In this document: one piece after another, positions 1 to 11,478 of the stretch | Numbering within the stretch: the first letter of the stretch is position 1 | How the letters are laid out: every line of letters begins with the position of its first letter | DNA from: Octopus bimaculoides | Lineage: Eukaryota | Length of the DNA: 64,000 bases | Assembly (NCBI RefSeq): GCF_001194135.2 | Contig: NC_068993.1 | Coordinates: forward strand, 16,855,548-16,919,547 | Reading direction: 5' to 3' | Position numbers and translations under genes: made by a program | Notes under the pieces: generated by a model | What the model was told of the DNA's origin: nothing | Databases searched by the model: none | What the model saw: the letters and a program-made list of their open reading frames with translations, nothing else

Positions 1-550
1 ATATATATTATCAGTTTTGCATGTATTTCTACTTATTCTGTTTGTGTTGATAGATTGGCTTTACTTTTGAATGAGTAAGTAAAGTAATGTCTCTTATCTA
101 ATGGCACATTGCAGTGTTGATATCAAGGTTATTTCAATATATACATTTTTTTTTCTCTACAGGTGGATTTGTTATGCAAATTCAGGTGTTCACTTACTTG
201 TATAAATGTCTCTAGCTGACTCATTTACACATGGATGCCATCGTTAATCACATTCAGTCAATCATGAAATTAAGGTGATATATATTTCAGCTAAATATAC
301 TTCACGTATAGCTACGTTGTTTAGAAGTTCTCTTTGTAAGTCCATGGCTTTAGGTTCAATCTCCTTGCGTGGCACTTTGAGTAAATGTTTTCTACTTTAT
401 TCAAGACCATCACCCAAAGGTGATGTTTTTAAATAAGGGTGCCTTGGATTGCATTAGAGAAGATTACACTATTGCCATCATTTGAACCTGGTTTCCAGTT
501 TGAGAATCACATTCTACCTCCTGTGTCAGAACCCGGGAAAGGGTTATAGA

Positions 551-962
551 TATTGTCTTGTGGCCATGCTGGGGCACCACTGTTTTGGGTTTTAATTGAA
601 CAAATTGAGCCCAGTCTTTTTTTTTTCTACCTTAAACCTGGTACTTATGGTGGTCTCTTGCACTGAACCACTAAGTTACAGGGCCCCAGCATGGCTACAG
701 CTCATGAGCTGAAACTAGATAAAATGATAAAATGAAAAACCAACATAGGTTGTCAAGTGGTGGTGAGGAACAAACACTCACACACACACTCTCACACACA
801 CTCACATACATGCCCACTTATATACACACTATGGACTTCTTTCAGTTTCCATCTGCCAAATCCACTCACAAAGCTTTGGTCAGTCCAGGGCCAAGGAGTT
901 ACACAATGGGACTGAACCCAAAACCATGTGGTTGAAAAGCAGATTCATACCACACAGCAACA
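551..962 (-). mobile_element. tRNA-headed SINE, family A (CORE-like body + GGGTCGATTTG/CCAGCATGGCC tail), diverged copy
   Basis: Reverse complement matches the near-intact copies at 13521-13887 and 32787-33260 (head GGCTGTGTGGT..GGTTCAGTCCCA; tail GTGCCCCAGCATGGCCACA). Confidence 0.8.
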
Positions 963-986
963 CCAACACTTGGTGACCTTAAAATT

Positions 987-1037
<51 letters not shown>

Positions 1038-1346
1038 TTTAATCCATAACTGTTAGCCCAACAAAATATATTTTATCAGACTAACAATTATGGATTAAAT
1101 ATTTTATTCATTCTCAGAGTTACCTTTGAGTACTTTATCCTAAGTGGCCAGACATAGCTTCTTTTAAACTTGTCATTCTTTGGCTCTCTCACACACACAC
1201 ATACACACACACACACAAGATTGAGAGAAGTTTGAGAATCATGAATCATTTATTATAGATTTCTGTTCACCTCTGAACCATTTAAATGTATTAGAACCAG
1301 TCACTGATCTCTCTGCAGCTAGATCTTTCTTATCTAAAAATTGCTA

Positions 1347-1505
1347 TTGCTGTTGTTGTTTAACCCAAGTCAGTCTTGATTGAACAGACTTGTAATCCAA
1401 GACATTCCAACCATAACTATCCTGTCTTTTTAGGTGTGTCTAGAATCTCCTCGTCCAGTTTGTCCTTCTTTGATTTGGCTGAAATTTCTTGCAGTCTGAC
1501 TTGCC
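1347..1505 (-). repeat. (AAC)n-tailed SINE-like repeat, family E
   Basis: (GTT)n followed by CAGACTTGTAATCCAAGACATTCCAACCAT and GATTTGGCTG..ATTTCT motifs shared with many other copies in the window. Confidence 0.55.
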
Positions 1506-1590
1506 ATTTATGATTCTTTCAATGAGTTTTTTATTGATGGTGGTGGGGGTCCCCTGTCTCTCAAAATAAATAAAATAATCTTGTTAAAGC

Positions 1591-1975
1591 TACAACATGG
1601 CTGAGTGGTTAAGAAGCTCACTTTGCAACCACATGGTTTCGAGTTCAACCTCACTGCACAGCACCTTGGGCAAGTGTCTTCTATAACCCCAGATTGATCA
1701 ATGGCTTATTCGTGAATTTTATTGGCAAAAACTGTGTTGAAGCCTCTCATGTGTTTGTGTGTATGTGTATTTGTGTTTGTTCCCCACCATCTCTTGGGAA
1801 CCAGTATTGGTTTGTTTACATTCTCATAATTTATTGGTTTGGAAAAAGAGGCCAGTAGAATAAGTATCAAGCTTAAAAATAAGTACTGGGGGAAATTTGT
1901 TTGACTAAATCTTTTAAGGCATTGCCCCAGCATGGCCACAGTCCAATTACTGAAAAATTAAAAGACAAAAGAATA
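1591..1975 (+). mobile_element. SINE family A
   Basis: A-box-like TGGCTGAGTGG, GAGTTCAACC B-box-like, GCACCTTGGGCAAGTGTCTT core-like motif, and CCCCAGCATGGCCACAGTC tail. Confidence 0.85.
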
Positions 1976-1987
1976 ACACTAATAACG

Positions 1988-2071
1988 ATTACTCTTTACT
2001 CTTACTTGTTTCAGTCATTTGACTGCAGCCATGCTGGGGCACCGCCTTTAGTCGAGCAAATCGACCCCACA

Positions 2072-2103
<32 letters not shown>

Positions 2104-2315
2104 NNNNNNNNNNNNNNNNNNNNNNNNNNNNNNNNNNNNNNNNNNNNNNNNATATATACATATATACGACGGTCTTCTTTCAGTTTCTGTCTACCAAATC
2201 CACTCACAAGGCTTTGGTCGGCCCAAGACTATAGTAGAAGACACTTGCCCAAAGTGCTACGCAGTAGGACTGAACCCGGAACCATGTGGTTGTTAAGCAA
2301 GCTACTTACCACACT
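1988..2315 (-). mobile_element. SINE family A spanning an assembly gap
   Basis: Nearly identical to both ends of 13521-13887. The internal part falls in (TA)n and Ns. Confidence 0.85.
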
Positions 2316-2340
2316 GATCACAATATGTTACTGGTTCTTA

Positions 2341-2550
2341 AGGTGGTGAGCTGGCAGAATCATTAAAATGTTGCAAAATACTTAATTGCATTTCATCTGT
2401 CTTTATGTTCTGAGTTCAGATTCCACTGTGGTCAACTTTGCCTTTCATTCTCTCAGGATCAATAGAATAAGTAGCAGTTGAGCACCGGGGTCAATGTAAC
2501 CAACTTATCCCTCCCCAGAAATTGCTGGTCTTGTGCCATAATTTGAAACT
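2341..2550 (+). mobile_element. tRNA-headed SINE, family B (Meta/MESC-like central domain) with 19-bp TSD
   Basis: GGTGAGCTGGCAGAA head and ACTTTGCCTTTCATT.. central domain. TSD aatatgttactggtt(c/t)tta at 2322-2340 and 2551-2569. Confidence 0.85.
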
Positions 2551-2649
2551 AATATGTTACTGGTTTTTATTGATCTCTTGAACATTAAAAGGAATTATCA
2601 GCTACCCCTATAATGTATTTTTTTCATGAACTGGTGGAAAAGGTTTATA

Positions 2650-2852
2650 TGTTCACTAGGCTTGCTAGAAATAACAGCCAAATCTCCATCAAATGTCCTT
2701 CAAATACTTCCTTAGAATATAATGGACACAATGAATAATGTAACTCTACAGTAAATCCAGTTTGGAGAAACAAGATGGAGCAGTCATGGCTTTTATGCTT
2801 TTGATTGCAGTTTTGTCCAATCAATGATGACCTGGAGTTAGACAATGACAAT
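2650..2852 (+). repeat. Family E repeat
   Basis: GCTAGAAATAACAGCCAAATCTCC motif, GTCATGGC motif, and degenerate ACA tail. Confidence 0.55.
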
Positions 2853-3540
2853 GTGTTATTTAGGTCAAAAGGCCATATCAAGAGTAGGTGGTAATATCTT
2901 TAATATGAAGAGAGATTTATTCTTTCAGATATTCCATTAGCAACTAAAGAAATCTTGTGTTTTCAGAAGCCCCAAGGCCAGAAAGTTACATATAGACTGT
3001 AAATTTGCTTGTGATGTACAGTGCTGTCTCATTACAGCATATCTAATATATTCTACAATACTCATAGTTCTTTTAGGGTCTTTCAAACTGGGGATGATAG
3101 AGTGTAGATCATTGATATAAGAGTTTACTGAACAAGCAGGAGGGCAATGACCTCTTCCCTCTTTTTCTGGGCCTAAATTGCATCCTTGGCCAGTCAAGAC
3201 ACTTAATTTCACTTACTTTCAAATGGTTTATTCATAAAAGGGAAGAGGTATACCTATGATGTTTTCAAAGACTTCTGAGATTGGTATGGAGGGAGGAAAG
3301 AAACCTTATAATTATGGAGATACTGTAGTAGGGGCTCAGATAGGATATTGGTCTGAATACTTGTGACACAGTAAAAAAAAAAAAAAGTGCTCAGGGAACA
3401 AGTGGCACTTTATAAAATGGCCAGAAATCAGAAGAGATGATGAAGAAATCAAAAGCTTTTATGACCAGCTGCAAATGAGAAAGCTACTCACAGAAGTTTT
3501 AAAGAAAATGAAGAGACTAACATGGGAAGGACTTCAGATT

Positions 3541-4715
3541 GAATCATCATCATCGTTTAACGTCCGCTTTCCATGCTAGCATGGGTTGGACGATTTGACT
3601 GAGGACTGGTGAAACCGGATGGCAACACCAGGCTCCAATCTAATTTGGCAGAGTTTCTACAGCTGGATGCCCTTCCTAACACCAACCACTCAGAGAGTGT
3701 AGTGGGTGCTTTTACGTGTCACCCGCATGAAAACTGCCACGCTCGAAATGGTGTCTTTTATGTGCCNNNNNNNNNNNNNNNNNNNNNNNNNNNNNNNNNN
3801 NNNNNNNNNNNNNNNNNNNNNNNNNNNNNNNNNNNNNNNNNNNNNNNNNNNNNNNNNNNNNNNNNNNNNNNNNNNNNNNNNNNNNNNNNNNNNNNNNNNN
3901 NNNNNNNNNNNNNNNNNNNNNNNNNNNNNNNNNNNNNNNNNNNNNNNNNNNNNNNNNNNNNNNNNNNNNNNNNNNNNNNNNNNNNNNNNNNNNNNNNNNN
4001 NNNNNNNNNNNNNNNNNNNNNNNNNNNNNNNNNNNNNNNNNNNNNNNNNNNNNNNNNNNNNNNNNNNNNNNNNNNNNNNNNNNNNNNNNNNNNNNNNNNN
4101 NNNNNNNNNNNNNNNNNNNNNNNNNNNNNNNNNNNNNNNNNNNNNNNNNNNNNNNNNNNNNNNNNNNNNNNNNNNNNNNNNNNNNNNNNNNNNNNNNNNN
4201 NNNNNNNNNNNNNNNNNNNNNNNNNNNNNNNNNNNNNNNNNNNNNNNNNNNNNNNNNNNNNNNNNNNNNNNNNNNNNNNNNNNNNNNNNNNNNNNNNNNN
4301 NNNNNNNNNNNNNNNNNACAGTCTGCCTTTTACTCTGAGTGAGAGTCCCTTTGTCGCCAGCAGGGGTAAGAGCTCTCTAAACTTTGCCCAGGCTATTCTT
4401 ATTCTAGCAGCTACACTTTCAGCGCACCCACCCCCACTACTAACTTGGTCGCCCAGATAGCGGAAGCTATCGACTACCTCTAGTTTTTCACCCTGGAATG
4501 AGATAGAAGTTGTTTCCTGTTTGTTTACAGTCTTTATTGCACCTGAACATCTGCCACAAACAAAAACTAACTTGCTAGTTAACCTGCCTTTGATGTTGCT
4601 GCACCTCTTATGTGTCCATAGCTTGCACCGGGTACATCTTATAGAGTTACTACCTACTCCTTTTCTACATACTGAGCAGGGCCATCTAAGGTTAAATACT
4701 AGTCAATTGATTTAG
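3541..4715 (-). mobile_element. 5'-truncated RTE-clade LINE (RT C-terminal half, gap, 3' UTR with (GAT)n tail)
   Basis: Minus-strand translation of 4318-4715 includes GVGSNSIRCTRCKLWTHKRCSNIKGRL..GEKLEVVDSFRYLGDQVSSGGGCAESVAARIRIAWAKFRELLPLLATKGLSLRVKGRL. 3541-3766 is the AGGAAGGGCATCCAGC..CCCATGCTAGCATGGAAA(GAT)n tail. Confidence 0.9.
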
Positions 4716-5024
4716 TAAGCAGGGCTTCAGATCAGTGAGGGGTGGGTATTGATGTGCTGCAAAGTGTCACGTGGAAAGCTTCAAAATGGTGTGCATTCTC
4801 TCATGATGATCTCTGAAGCCTATTGGTGTCAGGTTTGTGGAGCTTTCAGTTGGCAGCACTTGCACAAGCAAGCTGTTTGCATGTCTCTTTAGCTTGCAGT
4901 TCTGGATTTAACCTCTGCTACGTGTATATAGCTTGAAAGGATTAAGTTCCACTAAATATATTTGTTCAAAGATGTATAAAGATAATGTATGAAGATTGTA
5001 TGAAGATAATGTCTTCAATTATTG

Positions 5025-5245
5025 CTGTTGTTTAGTTACAGGCTAGCTCTAATTAAACAGATTTATGATTTTGATCAAAGGCATTCCAAACATGACCATC
5101 CCATTTTGATGTACATTACAGACTACATTTTCTACTTTGTTCAGTTTAGTGTTTCCTTCTTTAAGACAACAGAGTATGATTTGTGGGAAATTTTGCTGCT
5201 ATTTCTAGCAATACAGGCAACAAAGTTTCTCATTGAGTTGATGGC
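5025..5245 (-). repeat. Family E repeat
   Basis: TGATCAAAGGCATTCCAAACATGACCATCC and TTTGCTGCTATTTCTAGCA motifs. Confidence 0.65.
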
Positions 5246-5559
5246 TTTAGTGATATCTCTTTCTCTCTCCCTCCATCTCTCCATCCCTCATACTCCCTCG
5301 AAACCCCTACCCACCTACCCACACTTCTGGTCCCTCTGTCCCATACACTTCTACTCATTTTATTATCATGAGGCTCCACCCTGATGCCTCATCATCACTA
5401 TTTTGATCTTTTTCCAGCTCCATCCAATCACTTCCACCTTCTCATCTAAAACCGAGTAATCATGCAGCCCATCTACCCTGAGAAGCCAGTTCTGTTCTGA
5501 CCATTTTCCCCATGTGTTCACCCTCATTTTCTAGGGTAAAGCTGCTCCCTCAAGTATTT

Positions 5560-5770
5560 GCAGTCTCACAAGCTGCATAGTGACCTCACTAGTGCTGGTG
5601 ACACAAAAGAAGGCACCCAGTACATGCCGTAAATTCGTTGATGTTAGGAAGGGTATCCAGCCACAGAAACCATGCCAAGGCAGACACTGGAGCACTGTGC
5701 AGTCTTTGAGCCCATTAGATCCTGTGAATTAGTCCAGCCCTTGCCAGCATAGAATATGGATGTTAAATAA
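5560..5770 (+). mobile_element. RTE-type 3' end (diverged)
   Basis: GTTAGGAAGGGTATCCAGCC..CCAGCATAGAATATGGATGTTAAAT resembles the other RTE tails. Confidence 0.6.
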
Positions 5771-5800
5771 GAATGAAATATATATAAATATACATATATA

Positions 5801-5932
5801 CACCATCCGAACATGATTGATGCCAGTGTCCCTCGACTGGCTCCTGTGCCAGTGGCACATAAAAAGCACCATCCGAACGTGGTCAATGCCAGTGCCGCCT
5901 GACTGGCCCCCATGCTAGTGGCATGTAAAAAG
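5801..5932 (+). repeat. 2 x 66-bp tandem double-hairpin unit inside an RTE 3' UTR
   Basis: Units start at 5801 and 5867 (CACCATCCGAAC). Each has a GCCAGT-N8-ACTGGC stem-loop and a second 6-bp stem with an AGT loop. Confidence 0.85.
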
Positions 5933-6246
5933 CATCTACTACATTCTTGGAGTGGTTGGCATTTGGAAAGGCATCCAGCTGTAGAAACCTTGCCAGATCA
6001 GATTGGAGCCTGGTGCATCCTACTAGCTTGCCAGTCCTCAGTCAAACTGTCCAACCCATGCCAGCATGGAAAATGGATGTTAAACAATGATGATGATGAT
6101 ACACACATACCTACATTTATACAATTGAAGAGCATCCAGCTATAGAAACCTTGCCAGATCAGATTGGAGCCTGGTGCATCCTACTAGCTTGCCAGTCTTC
6201 AGTCAAACCATCTAACCCATGCCAGCATGGAAAACGGACGTTAAAC

Positions 6247-6285
<39 letters not shown>

Positions 6286-6431
6286 ACTCNNNNNNNNNNN
6301 NNNNNNATTTGGAAAGGCATCCAGCTGTAGAAACCTTGCCAGATCAGATTGGAGCCTGGTGCATCCTACTAGCTTGCCAGTCTTCAGTCAAACCATCTAA
6401 CCCATGCCAGCATGGAAAACGGACGTTAAAC

Positions 6432-6470
<39 letters not shown>

Positions 6471-6480
6471 ACTCATACCT
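5933..6480 (+). mobile_element. Three tandem RTE 3' tails with (GAT)n ends
   Basis: Copies at about 5945-6100, 6125-6289 and 6307-6480. The last two are near-identical and flank a 17-N gap. Confidence 0.85.
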
Positions 6481-7947
6481 ACGTTTATACAATTGAGTCT
6501 GATTCTTTTTGGAGTTGCCTAATTATGATGATTAGGTGAAAGCAGCACAGTTTATTTGCCCACAAATACACTAGACATCAAAACAAATAGCAGAAGATAT
6601 CTAATCCATCACTTTACTGTTTATACCAGTCCAACTCCTTCATCTTAACAGCTACAAATTATGGAGTAAATTTGTAGTTTTAATTTACTTTAAAAATCAA
6701 AACTGCAGCTTGATATATTTTACAAATAAGTTTTGTGTGTATGTGTACATACATACATACACGCATGTGTGTGTCTAGAAATGTATACATATATTTGTAT
6801 GTGTATACACACACACGAAGTAATATATATATATATATATGTGCATCCGTGTGTGTTAGAGAGTAAGAGATATCTTGATGAAGAAGATATAGATATTAAT
6901 CAACATTGCTAGGAGTCAGATTAAAAAATAAAAATAGAACCAACAATACAAATCAGTGGTCTGAAACAGATCTAATCATGATTGGATTGTCGCAGTTATA
7001 TTGTTTTTATACATACATACATATATACATACATACTTACATTCGAATGTATGTATATGTATACAAGTAGTAGTTGTAAGACTAATAATAATGATAATAA
7101 TAATAATAATAATTATGATGATGATGATGATAATAATAATCGTAATCGAAAATAAAACAACACAAAAGACAATTGATCAAGGTGATTGTAATACTATGAT
7201 GATAATATTAGTAGCTTCGCATAGTCAATATAATAACAGTAACAACAACAACAACAACCAATTTCACAGTTAAATATAATTTGATTTTTCTTTTTGTTTT
7301 TTCTTTTGTTGTGTGTGTTTTATTTATTTTTTTTTTTTCCAACATTCGCAGCAAATAATTTTCTGTTGAATACATTTTTATTTTCGTTGTTGTCAAGGCA
7401 ACCTTATATATTTTTGGATTTTTTTCTGATCTATTCTATAGAATTAAGAATAGAAAATCAATGACATTCTTTGTGTATTTGTATATATATATATATATAT
7501 ATATATTTATGTCTGTGCGCATGTGTGTGTGTGTGTATCTGTGTGTATATATCTATATCTATGTGTGTGTATGCATGTATGTACTCATAATTATTTATAT
7601 AGGAATATATTTTTTTATACATATGTATATGTATGCAATAAACCAAATTGTGTATGCACAAATTTTTGTAAAGATCCATGGCCTATTGTGAGTAATCAAT
7701 TGAAATATCAGATAAATCCTAAAATCCTAAACCCCAGAGAGTATTTGGGGTTGAATTGGAGAAATATTCCTTGAAGCTGGAATATATTCAGAAAAGAATC
7801 TTCTATACCACTAACAAGAAAAGTTCAGGGTTCTAACTATTAATATTGAGCAAGGCATGCCTGACATATGACTCACAGACCAGGTTTGGCCCTTGGCTCA
7901 ATTTTATAAATCAAATTTATTGTTTTTAAATTCTAAAGTTTTCTGTA

Positions 7948-7975
<28 letters not shown>

Positions 7976-7980
<5 letters not shown>

Positions 7981-8159
7981 CCTTGGGAGAGGCATTATGC
8001 CGGTAATAAACACACGCACTGGTTCAGTCCTTTATTAATTTATATAGTTTTTTGTTAAATTATTTCATTGCACTCTTGCAATCTCTTCAGTAACTTGTCT
8101 CTCCACTTCCATTTATTTTGAATGTTTATTACCGGCATAATGCCTCTCCCAAGGTTTAA
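7976..8159. mobile_element. 184-bp mini-element with perfect 37-bp terminal inverted repeats, next to (TA)n
   Basis: 7976-8012 TTAAACCTTGGGAGAGGCATTATGCCGGTAATAAACA is the exact reverse complement of 8123-8159. Confidence 0.95.
8054..8094 (-). ncRNA. Minimal type I hammerhead ribozyme motif (Penelope-like), possibly decayed
   Basis: Minus strand reads GTTA-CTGAAGA-G-ATTGCA-AGAG-TGCAAT-GAAA-TAATT-TAAC: 4-bp stem I, CUGANGA core, 6-bp stem II, GAAA, very short stem III. Confidence 0.7.
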
Positions 8160-8221
8160 CTGTATTTCTTTCAACACACATATCCACATCAAGAATCTTG
8201 CACACGAAATACACATACGAA

Positions 8222-8254
<33 letters not shown>

Positions 8255-8308
8255 GTCAATAAAACATGTATCAGAAAGGAAGCACACTCTGAAGAATAAA
8301 GCAGTAAT

Positions 8309-8448
8309 TATTAAAATCAAAAGTTAAATTCTGGTAGAAAGTTTAATTTTGTTTGTCTTTGCACAGAGTCTGACAATCTGCCCATAAGGTCGTGGCTTTC
8401 ATGGATATAAAACTTTCGATAACTCTATGATCAGAATTTAAATTTTTG

Positions 8449-8456
<8 letters not shown>
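8309..8456. mobile_element. ~148-bp element with ~25-bp imperfect TIRs between (TA)n tracts
   Basis: TATTAAAATCAAAAGTTAAATTCTG (8309-8333) versus CAGAATTTAAATTTTTGTTTTAATA (8432-8456). Confidence 0.7.
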
Positions 8457-8480
<24 letters not shown>

Positions 8481-8944
8481 ACGTGAGAGAGTTAGGGGTT
8501 GGGGGTTCAACCCACTAAGGGATAGTATCTATCCAGTATACTGCTGGGAGGGTACCCAATTATTGCTACACTAGTGCTATACTAGGTGCAATCAATGGGA
8601 GCGGGTAAAAGTGGAGGTTTTACCCAAAATTTGTGTAACAATTAGAAAATGGAGGATAATATGCTGAACCCAACTACTTGCAGACGGTGTATCCCGTTGA
8701 ATTCATTAATTTAATTCATAGCAAAAGTGATAAAAAGGAAGAAAAGAAAAAGAAAGAACCAAAGCACAGGTGTCCATGGCAGACTATGTTATTTTGCCAA
8801 CATGGTTTACATATAGAAGTACAAAGTACATAAGGAATTAGAGGATAATATATATATATACACACACACAAAGGGGTGTGTATATGTTCCTAGCTTAAGG
8901 GTAGGGTATTGCAAAAGACCTGGTTGGAGGCCCAACGTTCCGAG

Positions 8945-9092
8945 TTCTTTTACAGGGTTTAGAGAAACTGAAGGACCACTGCAATAAGTGTGTAGAATCT
9001 GAGAGGGGAATATATGTTGAATAAAACTATAGTTAACTGATCCTCCTGTATTTTCTTTTACCCAAAGCCAGGAACTTTTTAGCACCTCCCTT
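8945..9092 (+). mobile_element. Mariner transposase 3' end and probable right TIR remnant
   Basis: Translation LQGLEKLKDHCNKCVESERGIYVE* resembles the mariner C-terminus (GIEKL..RW.KCVE..G.YVE). It is followed by a CCAGGAACTTTTTAGCACC terminal-like sequence. Confidence 0.7.
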
Positions 9093-9579
9093 GTTTATGT
9101 GTGTGTATATATATATATATATATAAGTGTGTGTGTGTGTGTGTATCACTAACATGTCTTTTGTGTCAGAGCCTGACAAGTGTCATGATAAACACTGTTC
9201 CATTTCTTAAAATTGGTGTACTTTAAGGAATCTTTTGTTATCTTAACCAATGAGAAAAAAGATTATGAATCCAACTACTGAATGATGTGATTTATTCTAT
9301 ACATGCTACACCAAATGGAAGTTTATTTATTTATTTTTTTAAAATTTATGCATGTGTTTATTTGAATGTGGGTTGAACAATGTTGAAAAGATTTGTTACT
9401 GAAGCAGTGCAAGTTTCCTTATCAAGTACTGGTGTCTTCTCAAGAATTGTATGCATTCATTTGGACAATTTCTGTCTCCACCTTCACTCAAAGGACTCTT
9501 ACTTAACTGAACTGAATATATATAGTATGTTGATATGGTTTTCCCCACACATCTTTGCACACAACTTTGCTAATAGATA

Positions 9580-9745
9580 GGTGCAGGTGTGGTCGTGTGG
9601 TAAGAAGCTTGCTTCCCAACCATGTGGTTGTAGGATCAGTCTCACTACAGTCTCACTACCTTTAGTAAATACTTTTCATTATAGCCCTAGGCCAACCAAA
9701 GTCTTGTGAGTGGATTTAGGTAGATTGAACTGAAAGAAGCTCATT
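9580..9745 (+). mobile_element. SINE family A head and core only
   Basis: GTGGTCGTGTGGTAAGAAGCTTGCTTCCCAACCATGTGGTT head, with a small internal duplication (gtctcactac x2). Confidence 0.8.
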
Positions 9746-9759
9746 ATATTGTTGTATTG

Positions 9760-11249
9760 AAAATGAAGATCGAAACAAATTTTCAAAAAAGAACGTCAAG
9801 ACTGGATAAACAAAATGAAAATGCATCTAATTCTGAGGAAACTGGCGACGATAGAGCATGAGAAATACTGTAACTTTATATTGCCTAAAAAAATTTCTGA
9901 TATAAATTGCATGGACAAAATAGACATTTTATGCAGGAAGTTTAGTGGAAAAACATCATTGTTCAACACTCGTTGGAAGTGTTTGAACACTGAGAAAAAT
10001 GATGATGAGAGTTATATCCTGGAAATGAACCAGGATGTAACTCCCCAGAAACTGTCAGAAGAGTGTGATACAATATTAAAAGTAAGGCTCAACACAGAAG
10101 AAATCCAATGCAGAGATGGTTTACAGATAAAACCAGTGTGGAAGAGTCAGAAGGCAGATAAAATATTTCACAAAAAACTCTATATACTTCAGGAAATAAA
10201 CCCATGTATGGCATGTGGTAGTAGGCACCTGAGAAAAGAGTGCCTGTTCAAAAAAGCAAAGTGTTTTCATAGTGAGAACACAGGACGCATTAAATCACAC
10301 TACAGAACTAAGATGACGAAAAATTGGACCAAACCAATTTGTCATCAGAGAATTTGTACAAGGAACAGAAAATTCATCAGGGTGAGAATCAAAACTGCTA
10401 GTGTCAAAATGCAATTAGACATGGGTAGTGACATCTCTATCATAATTGAAGAAAGATGGCGACAAATCAGTAAGCTGAAATTATTTAAATCAAAGTAGTA
10501 TATGGTGTTACAGGAAAGAAATTAAATTTCATCAGTGAATGTATTTGCCTTTTTGAGGTGAAACAAAAAGGATATTCATTTACATGTTGAATAAATCTCT
10601 AAACCTATTTGGCACAGAATGTGTGGAGTTATTTAAAATGTGGGATACCCCCATTAGTGTCCTCTGTGAAAATGTAGTCAACACAGTTAAAAGTTCAAAT
10701 GAAGTCAAACAACAGAGACAAAAAATCAAAAATTGTTTCCAAATGGTTTTTTGGAAGGATTAAGCTGTTGCAGTAAAACAAAAATGAGGAGTGCGGTAAA
10801 AGAAAAGGCAACACCTGTTTTTAGGCCCAAATGGAATGTGCCATTTGCAGTGTTATTACATTTGCAGTGTTATTGCAGGTCATTACAGAGATAGAAAGAC
10901 TAGAAAGTCTAGCTATAATTGAAAAAGTCAACCCTTCAGACTGAGAAGCTCCAACAGTTTATGTAAAGAAAAGAAATAATAAACTAAGAGTGTGTGCGAG
11001 CTTTGTAAGTAAATCAAATGACTGTTTACTTGAACACAACTATCCATTACCAAGCCCAGGAGAAGTGTTCTCAAAACTAAATGGAGGAAAAATTTTCTCA
11101 AAGTTAGACCTCTCAGAGGCCTGTCTACAGATACAGGTAGAGGAAGATTGCGATCCCCTTTTAACAATCAACACACCACGGATTGTATAAATTCAAGCGA
11201 CTTCCTTTTGGAGTAAAAGTGGCACTAGCCATATTCTAACAAGTAATGG
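9760..11249 (+). pseudogene. Ty3/Gypsy (K02A2.6-like) fragment: gag with Zn-knuckle region, aspartic protease, start of RT
   Basis: ORF 9815-10498 contains LRKLATIEHEKYCNFILPKK, KTSLFNTRWKCLN, CMACGSRHLRKEC and QLDMGSD. Downstream frames give YPLPSPGEVFSKLNGGKIFSKLDLSEACLQI and RLPFGVK. Stops and frameshifts are present. Confidence 0.95.
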
Positions 11250-11406
11250 CTAGGCGAGCAGCCCAACAATCCCCCCAATCGAAGGAGGACTGGAGCTGTG
11301 TGAAATGAAGTGTTTTGCTCAAGAATACAATGCGCCACTCAGAGAATCGAACCCACGATCTAGCGATTGTGAGTGTAACAGCCTAACCACTAGGTCATGC
11401 AACTTC
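11248..11406 (-). mobile_element. tRNA-headed SINE (family F) abutting the Gypsy fragment
   Basis: Minus strand TGACCTAGTGGTTAGG (A box), GGGTTCGATTCT (B box), then a TTCTTGAGCAAAACACTT core-like motif. Confidence 0.8.
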
Positions 11407-11434
11407 ATACATACATGCATACACACACACACAT

Positions 11435-11478
<44 letters not shown>

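Noticed and set aside
3598-3625. CTGAGGA..GAAAC in RTE tails (also about 26325)
   Set aside because: There is no stem II between the core halves and it is antisense to the element, so it is coincidental.
3609-4460. Long ORFs containing X runs (also 17101-17881, 28678-28926, 46623-47705)
   Set aside because: They are artefacts of translating through N gaps and microsatellites.
5801-5932. CRISPR-like or HDV-ribozyme interpretation of the hairpin repeats
   Set aside because: The context is eukaryotic, there are only two units and no unique spacers. The CCCTCG loop lacks the nested double-pseudoknot pairings an HDV fold needs.
6125-6480. Near-identical second and third RTE tails
   Set aside because: They flank a 17-N gap and are probably the same sequence assembled twice.
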